Notes: a model not told the origin generated them from the sequence alone. A DNA stretch of 64,000 nucleotides from an uncultured Clostridia bacterium (GCA_947426305.1 CANEDP010000002.1:65960-129959), one strand, 5' to 3'; positions 47,962-57,908 are shown, counted from the first letter of the stretch. Numbers and translations are program-made.

Positions 47962-48129
47962 ATGAATAAAACAAATGTAGATGAATATGTATTAAAGGAG
48001 ATTTTAAAAGATTTTAGTTTATACGAAAGAATTATTATAAGAATACATTATAGAATATTTGTAAAGTTTTTTAATGAAATAAGAATTGATTTTACAAATA
48101 TTTTATCAGATAGAGAAAATATTTTTTAA
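47962..48129 (+). CDS. hypothetical 55-aa protein divergent from the XRE gene
   Basis: GGAGG SD 7 nt upstream of the ATG. No family recognised. Confidence 0.3.
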   Translation: MNKTNVDEYVLKEILKDFSLYERIIIRIHYRIFVKFFNEIRIDFTNILSDRENIF

Positions 48130-48242
48130 TGCAATTTTATAAAAAATAATCATAAAATAATAGAAAATAATAAATATTTATCAAAATTAGGTATATGGAA
48201 ATATGACATATAATGCCTGAAAATACTAGGTAATAAAACATA

Positions 48243-48282
48243 ATAAAAAAACAATGGAATATAATAAAACCATTGTTTTTTT
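48243..48282. terminator. bidirectional hairpin terminator
   Basis: aaacaatgg..ccattgttt stem flanked by A-run and T-run. Lies downstream of tRNA-Cys. Confidence 0.65.
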
Positions 48283-48290
48283 CTAATCCT

Positions 48291-48364
48291 TGGAGGCGCC
48301 ACCCGGATTCGGACCGGGGATCAGAGTTTTGCAGACTCGTGCCTTACCACTTGGCTATGGCGCC
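48291..48364 (-). tRNA. tRNA-Cys (anticodon GCA), CCA encoded
   Basis: The reverse complement is GGCGCCA-TA-GCCAAGTGGTAAGGCA-CGAGT-CTGCAAA-ACTCT-GATC-CCCGG-TCCGAAT-CCGGG-TGGCGCC-T-CCA. This closely parallels B. subtilis tRNA-Cys. Confidence 0.85.
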
Positions 48365-48572
48365 ATTTTGCTAATATTTTTCTTTTGCAATGCTTATTTA
48401 TTATAGCTCATAATCCATTATATGTCAAGACAAAATAAAAAATTCCAAAAATTTTTAGAAAATTTTTAGAATTTTTTTCAATGGAATCCATACAAAATAG
48501 GTTGATAAAAATTTATTTTTATGATACAATAACCATAAATAAATTATAGCCTAATAATCGGAGGTGAATGAA

Positions 48573-48848
48573 ATGAAGAAAACTTTATTAATATTAGGGT
48601 TTCTTGGAGTAATTGGAATTACTTGTGTGGCTTATGCAGGTCAAATGCACCGTTCACAAACATTTTGCAATATTGAAAATTGTACACAAACTAGACCACA
48701 TGAGTATAATCAATATGAATGCAATGTAGAAGAATGTCCAAGAACAGAGCAACATATCTACAATACTTGTGTAAGACAAGAGAATTGTTACAAAACAGTT
48801 GAGGCTAGAAATCATCATAATAGAAGTGGAAATCATCATTGCTTCTAA
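48573..48848 (+). CDS. secreted Cys/His-rich small protein with internal repeat
   Basis: Signal peptide MKKTLLILGFLGVIGITCVAYA. Two repeats of the form CN(I/V)E(N/E)C..T..H.YN, and a His-rich tail. Confidence 0.5.
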   Translation: MKKTLLILGFLGVIGITCVAYAGQMHRSQTFCNIENCTQTRPHEYNQYECNVEECPRTEQHIYNTCVRQENCYKTVEARNHHNRSGNHHCF

Positions 48849-48866
48849 AATAGAAAAGGAAATAGT

Positions 48867-49076
48867 TTAATCACTATTTCCTTTTGACTTATAATAAAGC
48901 AAACAATGACAATATCCTTCAAAATCTGGATCTTTGATTTGTTCACGAAATTCTTTACACATACATTTTGTATCTTGCGTTTTTTCTGTTCGACAAGGAC
49001 AATATCCACCGGTTCTTTTCAAACCTTCTTGTACTAATTTTACCATTTCTTTATCTTCATTCAATTTAACTGACAT
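48867..49076 (-). CDS. ferredoxin-thioredoxin reductase catalytic-subunit-like protein
   Basis: The 'CPCR...C.C..F.....EGYCHCLLY' cysteine pattern matches the FTR beta domain. Confidence 0.6.
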   Translation of the reverse strand: MSVKLNEDKEMVKLVQEGLKRTGGYCPCRTEKTQDTKCMCKEFREQIKDPDFEGYCHCLLYYKSKGNSD

Positions 49077-49101
49077 GATTTTCTCCTTTATTAAAAGTTA
49101 T

Positions 49102-50394
49102 TTACCAATTAAAGAAATCAAAAATAGAACCACTATTTTGTTGATTATTTTTATTGTTTTGATTAAACAAAGAATCTTCAATTTCCTGATTGGTTGCTGA
49201 AGTTTCTTCTTCAACAGGTGTTTCCTCTAAATGAAGAGAAATCTCATTTTCTTCACTATTTCGATAAACACTAAGCCTAATCGTATCTCCAATTTTATAT
49301 TTATTTTTTTCTTTATTTAATTCATTTACACTTTTTACTTCTGTACCCTCCACTTTGGTGATAACATCACCTTTTTGCAGACCTGCTTTTTCTGCTGGAG
49401 AATTTTTTTCTACAGTATAAACATACACACCATTTGGAAGATTATATTTTTTTGCAGTTTCTTCATCAACTGCCACAGAAGAAATGCCAATATAAGGTCG
49501 TTTGACAGTTTGATATTCAATTAGTTGGTGAATAATTTCTGTTGTCGAATTAATTGGAATCGCAAATCCCATTCCTTCTACTCCAGTTCCAGAAAGTTTC
49601 AAAGTGTTGATTCCAATAACTTCTCCATTACTATTGACCAATGCTCCGCCACTATTTCCAGAATTAATAGCAGCATCAGTTTGAATACAAGTATATTCTG
49701 CACCAGAAGTATCATTAACGGTTCTGTCAACAGCACTGATAATTCCAGAAGTAACCGTACTCCCCAAGCCAAGTGGACATCCAATTGCCATTGCAAATTC
49801 GCCAACGTGTACATTATCTGAGTTTCCAAAGGTTGCAGGTGTTAAATTGGAAGCATCGATTTTGATAACTGCTAAATCAGTATATTCATCGGTTCCGATA
49901 ATTTTGGCTTCGTATTCTGTGGAATCGTTGTAAAGTGTTACTGTCATACTGGTTGCTTCTTCGATGGCATAGTAGGAAGAAGAACTTTCAGTTGATACAA
50001 CGTGATTGTTTGTAATAATGTATCCATCTTCACTAAAAATAATTCCAGAACCAGTTGCTTCTGCTTCACTTGAGCCGAAAACAGAACTAATCGAATATTT
50101 AATTTTAATTCCTACAATCGAAGGAGAAACTTTTTGTGCGACAGTAACAGAAGTATTGGAATATTCTACCAAATCAATCAAATCTTTTGAGATTTCAGAG
50201 GAAGATGTACTTGTCTGAAATTTGCTGGGTTCTTTTGAATCCATTAATTGATTTTTGATTCCTGGCACACCAAAGCAAAGTCCGACCACTAATCCTGCAC
50301 CAAGTACGCTAGCCGTAAAAGGTACTAAAAATTTTTTTGCATTGTTTTCTTTTGAAAATCCGGATTGTTTAAATTCATTATTAAAATCATCCAT
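49102..50394 (-). CDS. htrA: HtrA/DegP-family serine protease with PDZ domain
   Basis: TM anchor, the trypsin-like 'TDAAINSGNSGGAL' active-site serine motif and a C-terminal PDZ domain. The start was chosen at MDDFNNEF with a GGAGG SD. Confidence 0.85.
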   Translation of the reverse strand: MDDFNNEFKQSGFSKENNAKKFLVPFTASVLGAGLVVGLCFGVPGIKNQLMDSKEPSKFQTSTSSSEISKDLIDLVEYSNTSVTVAQKVSPSIVGIKIKYSISSVFGSSEAEATGSGIIFSEDGYIITNNHVVSTESSSSYYAIEEATSMTVTLYNDSTEYEAKIIGTDEYTDLAVIKIDASNLTPATFGNSDNVHVGEFAMAIGCPLGLGSTVTSGIISAVDRTVNDTSGAEYTCIQTDAAINSGNSGGALVNSNGEVIGINTLKLSGTGVEGMGFAIPINSTTEIIHQLIEYQTVKRPYIGISSVAVDEETAKKYNLPNGVYVYTVEKNSPAEKAGLQKGDVITKVEGTEVKSVNELNKEKNKYKIGDTIRLSVYRNSEENEISLHLEETPVEEETSATNQEIEDSLFNQNNKNNQQNSGSIFDFFNW

Positions 50395-50562
50395 GAAAAT
50401 CGCCTCCATAAAATATAACTATATCATACTCTAAAAATGAAAGATTTACAATAAAATTATCTAAAATTTTTTAGAGTTTCTATTGAAAAAATTTAATGAT
50501 ATAGATATAATACAGTTAATTGATTAAAATAATCTTAAATAAAATCAATTTTTGGAGGAAAT

Positions 50563-51075
50563 ATGTTAAAAAATAACAAAGGAATTACGATTTTAGCATT
50601 AGTCATAACCGTTTTGATTTTACTCATTTTAACAGGTGTTTCATTGGGAACAGGATATTCTGTCATAACGGATATTAAACTTGGACGAACGGTTGCGAAT
50701 ATGGCTCTTGTAAAAGCAAAAGCTGAAACCATTTACGAACAGTATCAATTTTCAGGAAATAGCGAAGATTTGGTTGGCGAGCCAGTTAGTGTAGACTTTT
50801 TATCAGAAAGAGAAATTCAGTTGATAGAACAAAATTCTGGAAAGACAGGGCTTGCAGGAAGTGTGTGGTATAAATGGACTGCTCAAACTTTAGTAAAACA
50901 AGGGTTGGATCCAAATTTATTACGAAATAAAGAAACAGAATTTTTCTTTGTTAATTATGAATTTGACGAAGTTGCTTGGAATAAAGGAACGACTTATGAT
51001 GTAGGAACAGAGAAAACGTATTACTATTCTATGACAGGTTTGAATTTTATTTATAAAAACAGATACAATGATTAA
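50563..51075 (+). CDS. pilin-like protein with degenerate prepilin N-terminus (paralog of 39284..39755)
   Basis: 'MLKNNKGITILALVITVLILLIL' N-terminus. No pilus assembly genes are nearby. Confidence 0.5.
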   Translation: MLKNNKGITILALVITVLILLILTGVSLGTGYSVITDIKLGRTVANMALVKAKAETIYEQYQFSGNSEDLVGEPVSVDFLSEREIQLIEQNSGKTGLAGSVWYKWTAQTLVKQGLDPNLLRNKETEFFFVNYEFDEVAWNKGTTYDVGTEKTYYYSMTGLNFIYKNRYND

Positions 51076-51092
51076 TGAAACGAGGGAAATAA

Positions 51093-51722
51093 TTGAAAGA
51101 AAAAGAAATTGAACGATTAAATCTGTTAAAAGCAGAAGAAAATAAATTGTATGAAAACGAAAAAATTAACTTTGTTTGTGGAATTGATGAAGCAGGCAGA
51201 GGACCTTTAGCAGGACCAGTTGTAGTTGGTGCAGTTATTATGCCAGCAGATTCCTTTATTGAAGGTGTTAATGATTCGAAAAAAATTTCGGAGAAAAAAC
51301 GTGAAAAAATTTATGAACAAATTATTGAAGAAGCAATAAGTTACAGTGTCGGAATTGTCGACCAAACCCAAATTGACGAAATCAATATTTTAAATGCCAC
51401 AAAACTAGGTCTAAAATTAGCAATTGAAGGTTTACAAACCAAACCAGATGTCATCATGGTAGACGCTTTGAATCATATCGATACAGGTGGAATTCCCTAT
51501 ATTTCTGTTGTAAAAGGTGATGCGAAAAATTATTGCATTGCAGCAGCGTCCATTATTGCAAAAGTTACAAGGGATCGAATGATGCGTGAATGGGACGAAA
51601 TTTATCCGATTTATGGTTTTGCCAAACATAAAGGGTATGGAACAGCGGAACATATTAAAACGATTAAAGAAAATGGACCATGTATGTTACATCGAAAAAC
51701 ATTTATTAAAAATTTCATTTAA
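51093..51722 (+). CDS. rnhB: ribonuclease HII
   Basis: 'GIDEAGRGPLAGPVV', 'DSKK' and 'AASIIAKVTRD' motifs. TTG start. Confidence 0.85.
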   Translation: MKEKEIERLNLLKAEENKLYENEKINFVCGIDEAGRGPLAGPVVVGAVIMPADSFIEGVNDSKKISEKKREKIYEQIIEEAISYSVGIVDQTQIDEINILNATKLGLKLAIEGLQTKPDVIMVDALNHIDTGGIPYISVVKGDAKNYCIAAASIIAKVTRDRMMREWDEIYPIYGFAKHKGYGTAEHIKTIKENGPCMLHRKTFIKNFI

Positions 51723-51744
51723 GATACAAAAGAAAGGAAAAAAG

Positions 51745-53046
51745 ATGGATATCAAAACAATCATCGCGAAAAAAAGAGATCGAAAAGAACTGACCGAAGA
51801 AGAAATCAAATTATTTGTTGGCAAATACCAAAAAGGCGAAATCTCAGAAGCACAAGCAGGAGCGCTTCTGAGTTACATTTACAAAGACGGAATGACCGAA
51901 AACGAAATTATTGCTTTTGCTCTTGCTATGGCAAATTCTGGGCAAAAAATCAATTTAGATGATATTAGCCAAAATATTGTAGATAAGCACAGTACAGGTG
52001 GAGTGGGAGACAAAGTTACTTTGATTTTAATGCCAGTTATTGCTGCTTTGGGAATTCCAATTGCCAAAGTTTCCAGTCGAGGTATGGGAATTACGGGAGG
52101 GACAATTGATAAATTTGAGTCAATTCCAGGATACAATACAGAAATTTCAATGGAAACATTTAAAGAAAACATCAAAGAATATGGTGTTGGAATTTTAAAT
52201 CAATCCGAAAATTTGAATCCAGCCGAAAGTAAAATCTATAAATTAAGAAATGAAATTGCTTGTACCGATTGTGTACCTATTATTGCAGCAAGTCTGATGA
52301 GCATTAAATTGCTAACAGGAAGTCAAAAAATTGTATTTGAAATCACTTATGGAAATGGAACCTATATCAAAACAAAAGACCAAGCCAAACGCTTGGCTCG
52401 CATTCTAAAAATGGTTGGCAAAAAACTGAACAAAGGGATTATGTCTGTTATCACAAATGTGGACGAACCATTGGGATATTCAATTGGACATAATTTGGAA
52501 ATGATTGAAGCCATTCAAAGTTTGAAAGGAAAAATGCCAGAAGATTTGGGAGATGTTGTGGTTACCATTGGAAGTGTGATTTTGGCATTAGCGACCAAAA
52601 GTAAAAACTTAAAAGCCAATGAAGATACCGTAAAAGAGGTCATACGAAATGGAAAAGCTTATGAAAAATTTCTTCAAATGATTGCAGCCCAAGGTGGAAA
52701 TACAAGTTATATTGAAAATCCTGACTTGTTTGAAAAAGCAGAGTTCGTTATGCCAGTTTACAGTTCCGAAGAAGGCTACATCGAGAAAATTGATGCTGAC
52801 ATTGTAGGCAGTATTGCTGGCTATTTAGGTGCAGGAAGAATGAATGAAGAAGACAAAATTGACAGAACTGCAGGAATTGTTTTGAATAAGAAAATCGGAG
52901 ACGATGTTAAATCAGGTGAAATTGTTGCCTATATTCACACAAATGACGAAAGCAAAGTCATGGGAGCAACGAAAAATTTGGCAGAAGCTTTTAAAATTGT
53001 AAAACGTAAGATTTATCCAACATCAAGAGTAGTAGAAATTATATAA
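51745..53046 (+). CDS. pdp: pyrimidine-nucleoside (thymidine) phosphorylase, copy 1
   Basis: 'DKHSTGGVGDKVTL', 'SSRGMGITGGTIDK' and a C-terminal alpha/beta domain. 433 aa from MDIKTII. Confidence 0.85.
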   Translation: MDIKTIIAKKRDRKELTEEEIKLFVGKYQKGEISEAQAGALLSYIYKDGMTENEIIAFALAMANSGQKINLDDISQNIVDKHSTGGVGDKVTLILMPVIAALGIPIAKVSSRGMGITGGTIDKFESIPGYNTEISMETFKENIKEYGVGILNQSENLNPAESKIYKLRNEIACTDCVPIIAASLMSIKLLTGSQKIVFEITYGNGTYIKTKDQAKRLARILKMVGKKLNKGIMSVITNVDEPLGYSIGHNLEMIEAIQSLKGKMPEDLGDVVVTIGSVILALATKSKNLKANEDTVKEVIRNGKAYEKFLQMIAAQGGNTSYIENPDLFEKAEFVMPVYSSEEGYIEKIDADIVGSIAGYLGAGRMNEEDKIDRTAGIVLNKKIGDDVKSGEIVAYIHTNDESKVMGATKNLAEAFKIVKRKIYPTSRVVEII

Positions 53047-53067
53047 AATACGAAAGAAGGAGAAAAA

Positions 53068-54369
53068 ATGAACATAATCGATATCATTGATAAAAAAAGA
53101 ATGGGAAAAGAACTATCTGAAGAAGAAATAAACTATTTTATTGAAGGATATACCAAAGACGAAATTCCAGACTATCAAGCAGCAGCATTAATTATGGCAA
53201 TTTGTATGAATGGAATGAATGAAGACGAAATTTTAGCCATGACGCTTGCTATGGCAAATTCAGGTGAAAAACTTGATTTAAGCGATATTTCAGAGTCTGT
53301 TGTTGACAAACACAGCACAGGAGGCGTGGGCGATAAAGTTACTCTAATTATTTCGCCAATTGTGGCAAGTTTGGGTGTTCCGATTGCTAAAATGAGTGGA
53401 AGAGGTCTTGGCATTACAGGAGGAACAGTCGATAAATTGCAATCGATTCCAGCTTACAGAACAGATATTTCGATTGAAGAATTTAAAAGCAATGTCAAAG
53501 AAATTGGAATTAGTCTCATTTCTCAAACGATGGATTTGGCGCCAGCTGACAAAAAAATATATGCTCTTCGTGATAGCATTGCTGCAGTAAACAGTATTCC
53601 ATTGATTGCTTCTAGCATTATGAGTAAGAAAATTGCGGCAGGAAGTAATAAAATTGTCATTGATGTAACCTATGGTTCTGGTGCGTTTATGAAAGACAAA
53701 ATGCAAGCTAAAAGATTAGCCAAAGCAATGCAAGAAATTTGGAAAGGAAAAGATAAACAAATTACTTGTGTTATTTCTAAAATGGAACAACCTTTGGGAT
53801 ATAGCGTTGGTAATATTTTAGAAGTAGTAGAAGCTGTGCAAGCGTTGCATGGTCAAATGGCAGACGATTTGAAAGAAGTAGTAATTACGATGTGTGTTCA
53901 AATGCTAAAATTGGCAGGTCGCACAGAAACTGAAAAAGAACTGGAAAATCAAATTTGGGAAGTAATTCACAATGGAAAAGCATTTGAAAAATTTGTGCAA
54001 TTAGCACAAAAACAAGGTGCAGATGCTTCGTATTTGTATGATTTGAACAAATTAGAAAAAGCGCCAATTATTGTTCCAGTTATTTCAGAGAAAAACGGTT
54101 GGGTGAAGGAATTAAATGCAGAAAAAGTGGGTAAAATTAGTATAGATTTAGGCGCTGGAAGAAAAAATAAGACAGATGAAATTGATAGAAGAGTAGGAAT
54201 TATTTTGTGCAAAAAGATTGGTGACAAAGTAGAAAACGGAGAATGTTTGGCGTATCTACATGCCAATCATTCTGAAAAGATTGACGATTTAGTAGAACAA
54301 TTAAAATCTGCCTACCAAATTGTTCCAGAAACGATTGCAAAAGAAAAGATAATTGACGAGATTTTATAA
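53068..54369 (+). CDS. pdp: pyrimidine-nucleoside (thymidine) phosphorylase, copy 2 (tandem paralog)
   Basis: Same motifs ('DKHSTGGVGDKVTL', 'SGRGLGITGGTVDK'). 433 aa and collinear with copy 1. Confidence 0.85.
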   Translation: MNIIDIIDKKRMGKELSEEEINYFIEGYTKDEIPDYQAAALIMAICMNGMNEDEILAMTLAMANSGEKLDLSDISESVVDKHSTGGVGDKVTLIISPIVASLGVPIAKMSGRGLGITGGTVDKLQSIPAYRTDISIEEFKSNVKEIGISLISQTMDLAPADKKIYALRDSIAAVNSIPLIASSIMSKKIAAGSNKIVIDVTYGSGAFMKDKMQAKRLAKAMQEIWKGKDKQITCVISKMEQPLGYSVGNILEVVEAVQALHGQMADDLKEVVITMCVQMLKLAGRTETEKELENQIWEVIHNGKAFEKFVQLAQKQGADASYLYDLNKLEKAPIIVPVISEKNGWVKELNAEKVGKISIDLGAGRKNKTDEIDRRVGIILCKKIGDKVENGECLAYLHANHSEKIDDLVEQLKSAYQIVPETIAKEKIIDEIL

Positions 54370-54388
54370 AAATGAAGGGAGAAAAATC

Positions 54389-55798
54389 ATGGAAAACACA
54401 GAAGGTCAAAAATTAAAAGAGGAGTTATTTAATGATAAAAAAACAGGTTGGGAAGGAATGTCAGAAGAGATCCGAAGTGCAGTTTTCAAATTTGCAGATG
54501 AATATATGGATTACTTGAATTCTTCCAAAACCGAAAAGGAAATTGTAAAAACATCAAAAGATATTTTTATCAAAAATGGTTTTGTAGATTTGAATGAAAA
54601 ACAAGATTTGAAAGCAGGAGACAGAGTATTTTTAGTCAATCGCGATCGAACGATTTTTTCAGCCATTATAGGTCAAGAATCCCTAGAAAATGGAATTCGC
54701 ATGATTGCTGCACATGGCGATTCACCTAGAATTGACTTAAAACCAAATCCATTATACGAAGATAGCGGTTTGGGTTTATTTAAAACACATTATTATGGCG
54801 GAATCAAGAAATATCAATGGACGAATATTCCACTTAGTATGCATGGAACATTTGTGAAATCAAATGGCGAAAAAATTGAAATCACAATGGGAGAAAAGGA
54901 AGAAGATCCTATTTTTACGATTTCAGATTTATTGCCACATTTGGCAGCACAACAAATGGATCGAAAATTAAAAGAAGGTGTGCAAGGGGAAGAATTAAAT
55001 ATTGTTGCAGGAAGCATTCCATTTGAAGATGAAAAAGTTTCAGAAGCCATTAAATTAAATATTTTGAAGTTATTGAATGATACTTATGGAATCAAAGAAA
55101 TTGATTTTACAAGTTCAGAAATCGAATTTGTTCCAGCATTTAAAGCCAAAAGTTTAGGATTTGACAGAAGCATGGTCGCAGGATATGGGCAAGATGATAA
55201 AGTATGTTGCTATACGGCTTTAAGAGGAATTTTAGACATTGGAACACCGAAAAATACAGCGGTTTGCGTATTAACCGACAAAGAAGAAATCGGTTTTTGC
55301 GGTGTAACAGGAATGGAATCGAAAACGTTTGAATATTTTATAACAGAATTATTAAATAAAGCAGATCAAAATAGACCAAATGCGTTGGAAAAAGTATTTC
55401 ACAATTCGAAAGTAATTTCAGCTGATGTAGATGGCGCATTTGACCCAAGTTTTCCTTCTTCATTTGACAAAACGAATAGTTGTTTTATTGGAAAAGGACC
55501 AACGATTGTAAAATATACGGGGTCAAGAGGAAAATCAGGGGCATCGGAAGCACCAGCAGAATTTGTTGCGGAAGTAAGAGGAATTTTTGAGAAAAACAGT
55601 GTTGTTTATCAATCGTCTGAACTTGGAAAAGTTGATTTAGGCGGTGGAGGCACCATTGCAGTTGTTTTGGCAAATCGTGGCATGAGTGTGATTGATTGCG
55701 GTGTGCCAGTTTTATCAATGCATTCACCATATGAAATTACAAGCAAATTTGACGTATACCAAGCCTATAAGGCATACGAAGCATTTTACAAAGGATAA
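54389..55798 (+). CDS. M18-family aminopeptidase
   Basis: 'AAHGDSPRIDLKP', 'YGQDDKVC' and 'SMHSPYE' motifs. Confidence 0.7.
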   Translation: MENTEGQKLKEELFNDKKTGWEGMSEEIRSAVFKFADEYMDYLNSSKTEKEIVKTSKDIFIKNGFVDLNEKQDLKAGDRVFLVNRDRTIFSAIIGQESLENGIRMIAAHGDSPRIDLKPNPLYEDSGLGLFKTHYYGGIKKYQWTNIPLSMHGTFVKSNGEKIEITMGEKEEDPIFTISDLLPHLAAQQMDRKLKEGVQGEELNIVAGSIPFEDEKVSEAIKLNILKLLNDTYGIKEIDFTSSEIEFVPAFKAKSLGFDRSMVAGYGQDDKVCCYTALRGILDIGTPKNTAVCVLTDKEEIGFCGVTGMESKTFEYFITELLNKADQNRPNALEKVFHNSKVISADVDGAFDPSFPSSFDKTNSCFIGKGPTIVKYTGSRGKSGASEAPAEFVAEVRGIFEKNSVVYQSSELGKVDLGGGGTIAVVLANRGMSVIDCGVPVLSMHSPYEITSKFDVYQAYKAYEAFYKG

Positions 55799-55943
55799 AA
55801 AGCGTGAGAAATTTTACGAAGTAAAATTTCGCTCGCTCTTAGTAGAGAATCTACGCTATAGTAGATTTTCTACTATAAGGACTAAGGGCAGACGCTGTCG
55901 TCTGCCCTTGTTGTACAAAAAATTAGGCGAAAAGGAGAAAGCG

Positions 55944-57029
55944 ATGGAATATTTTCAAGCAATTTTTAATGAAATCAATCCAGTCAATTTTTTAGGCAAA
56001 GAAATTATGGCATTTTTACTATTTTTCATTTTTGTCATTTTTAGAAAATTATTTTCTAATATTATTTTAAAAATTGTTTTTTGGGTAACGAAAAATAAGC
56101 AAAAGCCCAAGGAAAGCAAGGTTTATAAAACTTTAAATTATTATTTTGTTTTTTTGGGCTTGTATTTAGCAATTCGAATGCTGAATGTTCCTTTTGAAAC
56201 ATTAGTAAAAGTAGATTGCTATTTTAGAATCATTTGTATTATATTGGTAACAAATGCTGTCAACTCGTTTATTACGAAAGACGCAAAATGGATAAAACGA
56301 TATTTAGAACATCAAAAAAATAGCGCAACAGCGGGAAATTTTATTTGTAAGATTATAAGAGGTATGGTATGGACTATTTCGGGTTATATTATCATGAAGG
56401 AATTAGGTTTTGATTTAAGTGGTTTGATTGCTGGATTTGGACTTGGTGGTGTAATTTTGTCACTTGCAGCACAAGATACCGTAAAAAGTTTACTGAGTGG
56501 TGCAGTTATTTTGACAGACAAACCATTTGATATCGGAGATTGTATCGAAATTGGTACTCATAAAGGAACGGTTATTGATATGACATTTCGTAGTATACGC
56601 ATTAAAGCCATTGATAATTCGATTGTTACAATTCCCAATAGCACGATTACAGTAGAATGTGTTGTCAATTGGAGTCGCTTGCAAAGCAGAAGATTGGAAT
56701 TTGTGCTGAATTTGAGTATGGATACGACTTCTGAAAAAATTAAAAATTTATTAGAAAAAATTAAGTTGATTTTGAGAAATAATTCTCAAGTTTTAGAAGA
56801 TACAATTCAGGTTGGACTAGACGAAATATCAAGTTATAGTTCAGACATAAAAGTTGTTCTTTACATAAATGAAATTGATTTTGCAAAATTCTTAAAAGTC
56901 AAAGAAGGCATTTATTGTGATATTTTGGAATTGGTTGAAATCGAAAATATTGATTTGGCGTATCCAACGCAAACGGTTTACGTCAAAAATACAGACCCAG
57001 AATCAAAAACAGATATACAAAATTCGTAG
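55944..57029 (+). CDS. mechanosensitive ion channel (MscS family)
   Basis: Start MEYFQAIF with an AAGGAGA SD. TM helices followed by 'LTDKPFDIGDCIEIG..GTVIDMTFRSIRIK' beta-domain. Confidence 0.8.
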   Translation: MEYFQAIFNEINPVNFLGKEIMAFLLFFIFVIFRKLFSNIILKIVFWVTKNKQKPKESKVYKTLNYYFVFLGLYLAIRMLNVPFETLVKVDCYFRIICIILVTNAVNSFITKDAKWIKRYLEHQKNSATAGNFICKIIRGMVWTISGYIIMKELGFDLSGLIAGFGLGGVILSLAAQDTVKSLLSGAVILTDKPFDIGDCIEIGTHKGTVIDMTFRSIRIKAIDNSIVTIPNSTITVECVVNWSRLQSRRLEFVLNLSMDTTSEKIKNLLEKIKLILRNNSQVLEDTIQVGLDEISSYSSDIKVVLYINEIDFAKFLKVKEGIYCDILELVEIENIDLAYPTQTVYVKNTDPESKTDIQNS

Positions 57030-57071
57030 GGGCGTGGTTTTGCCCCGCCCTTGAAAGAAAGGAGACAACCC

Positions 57072-57830
57072 ATGCAAGCCCTAATAACAGGAGCCTCATC
57101 AGGTATCGGAAGAGATATGGCAAGATATTTATCAAAGATTGGCTATGATTTAGTCATCGTGGCACGAAATGAAAAACTGTTAGAAGAATTGAAAAAAGAA
57201 TTAAATACAAACATAAAAATTGAATGTATGGACTTATCTCAAACCGAAAATTGCCAGAAACTTTTTAAAAACAATCCAGATATTGATATTTTAATTAATA
57301 ATGCAGGGTTTGGTGATTTCGGAAAATTTACGGAAACAGATTTAGAAAAAGAATTATCTATGATTGATACCAATATTAAGTCACTTCATATTTTAAGCAA
57401 ATTGTATTTGACGCAAATGAAAAAGAAGAACAGTGGTCGAATTCTCAATGTGGCATCCATTGCAGGTTTTATGTCAGGTCCGCTGATGGCGACTTATTAT
57501 GCGACCAAAAATTATGTTGTTTCTCTTTCGAAGGCAATTGATAAAGAATTGAAAAAAGATGGTTCAAAAGTTACAGTTAGCGTGCTATGTCCAGGACCTG
57601 TGAATACGAATTTTAATAATGTGGCAAATGTTCGTTTTAATTTAAAAGGGTTGTCTAGTGAATATGTTGCCCAATATGCAATTGACCAGATGTTCAAAAA
57701 TAAAAAAGTGATTATTCCTGGGAAGATGATGAAATTAATTTATGTTGGAAATAAAATTTCACCAACAGGTTTGTCTTTGGAAATCGCATATCATTCTCAA
57801 AAAAGAAAGGAAGGCCGAAAATCGGTATAA
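57072..57830 (+). CDS. SDR-family short-chain oxidoreductase
   Basis: 'ITGASSGIG', 'NNAG' and the 'YYATK' catalytic motif. Confidence 0.85.
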   Translation: MQALITGASSGIGRDMARYLSKIGYDLVIVARNEKLLEELKKELNTNIKIECMDLSQTENCQKLFKNNPDIDILINNAGFGDFGKFTETDLEKELSMIDTNIKSLHILSKLYLTQMKKKNSGRILNVASIAGFMSGPLMATYYATKNYVVSLSKAIDKELKKDGSKVTVSVLCPGPVNTNFNNVANVRFNLKGLSSEYVAQYAIDQMFKNKKVIIPGKMMKLIYVGNKISPTGLSLEIAYHSQKRKEGRKSV

Positions 57831-57908
57831 AATTGGAGAAAGAAATAATTCATCTCAAAAGAAGAAATTTTTGAGATGAAATTTGTTATTTTCACAACAA
57901 CTAGAAAT

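Noticed and set aside
51586-51744. Upstream extensions of pdp (51586), pth (31437), the GT4 gene (to 14018), cwlD (to 15642), mutS2 (to 42106), htrA (to 50409) and the flavoprotein (45126)
   Set aside because: Each extension overlaps the preceding gene or an intergenic promoter. An internal ATG with a good SD coincides with the conserved family N-terminus in each case.
55692-55943. N-terminal 84-aa extension of the MscS ORF as given in the ORF track
   Set aside because: The extension overlaps the aminopeptidase 3' end and the three-hairpin spacer. A strong AAGGAGA SD precedes ATG 55944, where the family-typical N-terminus begins.
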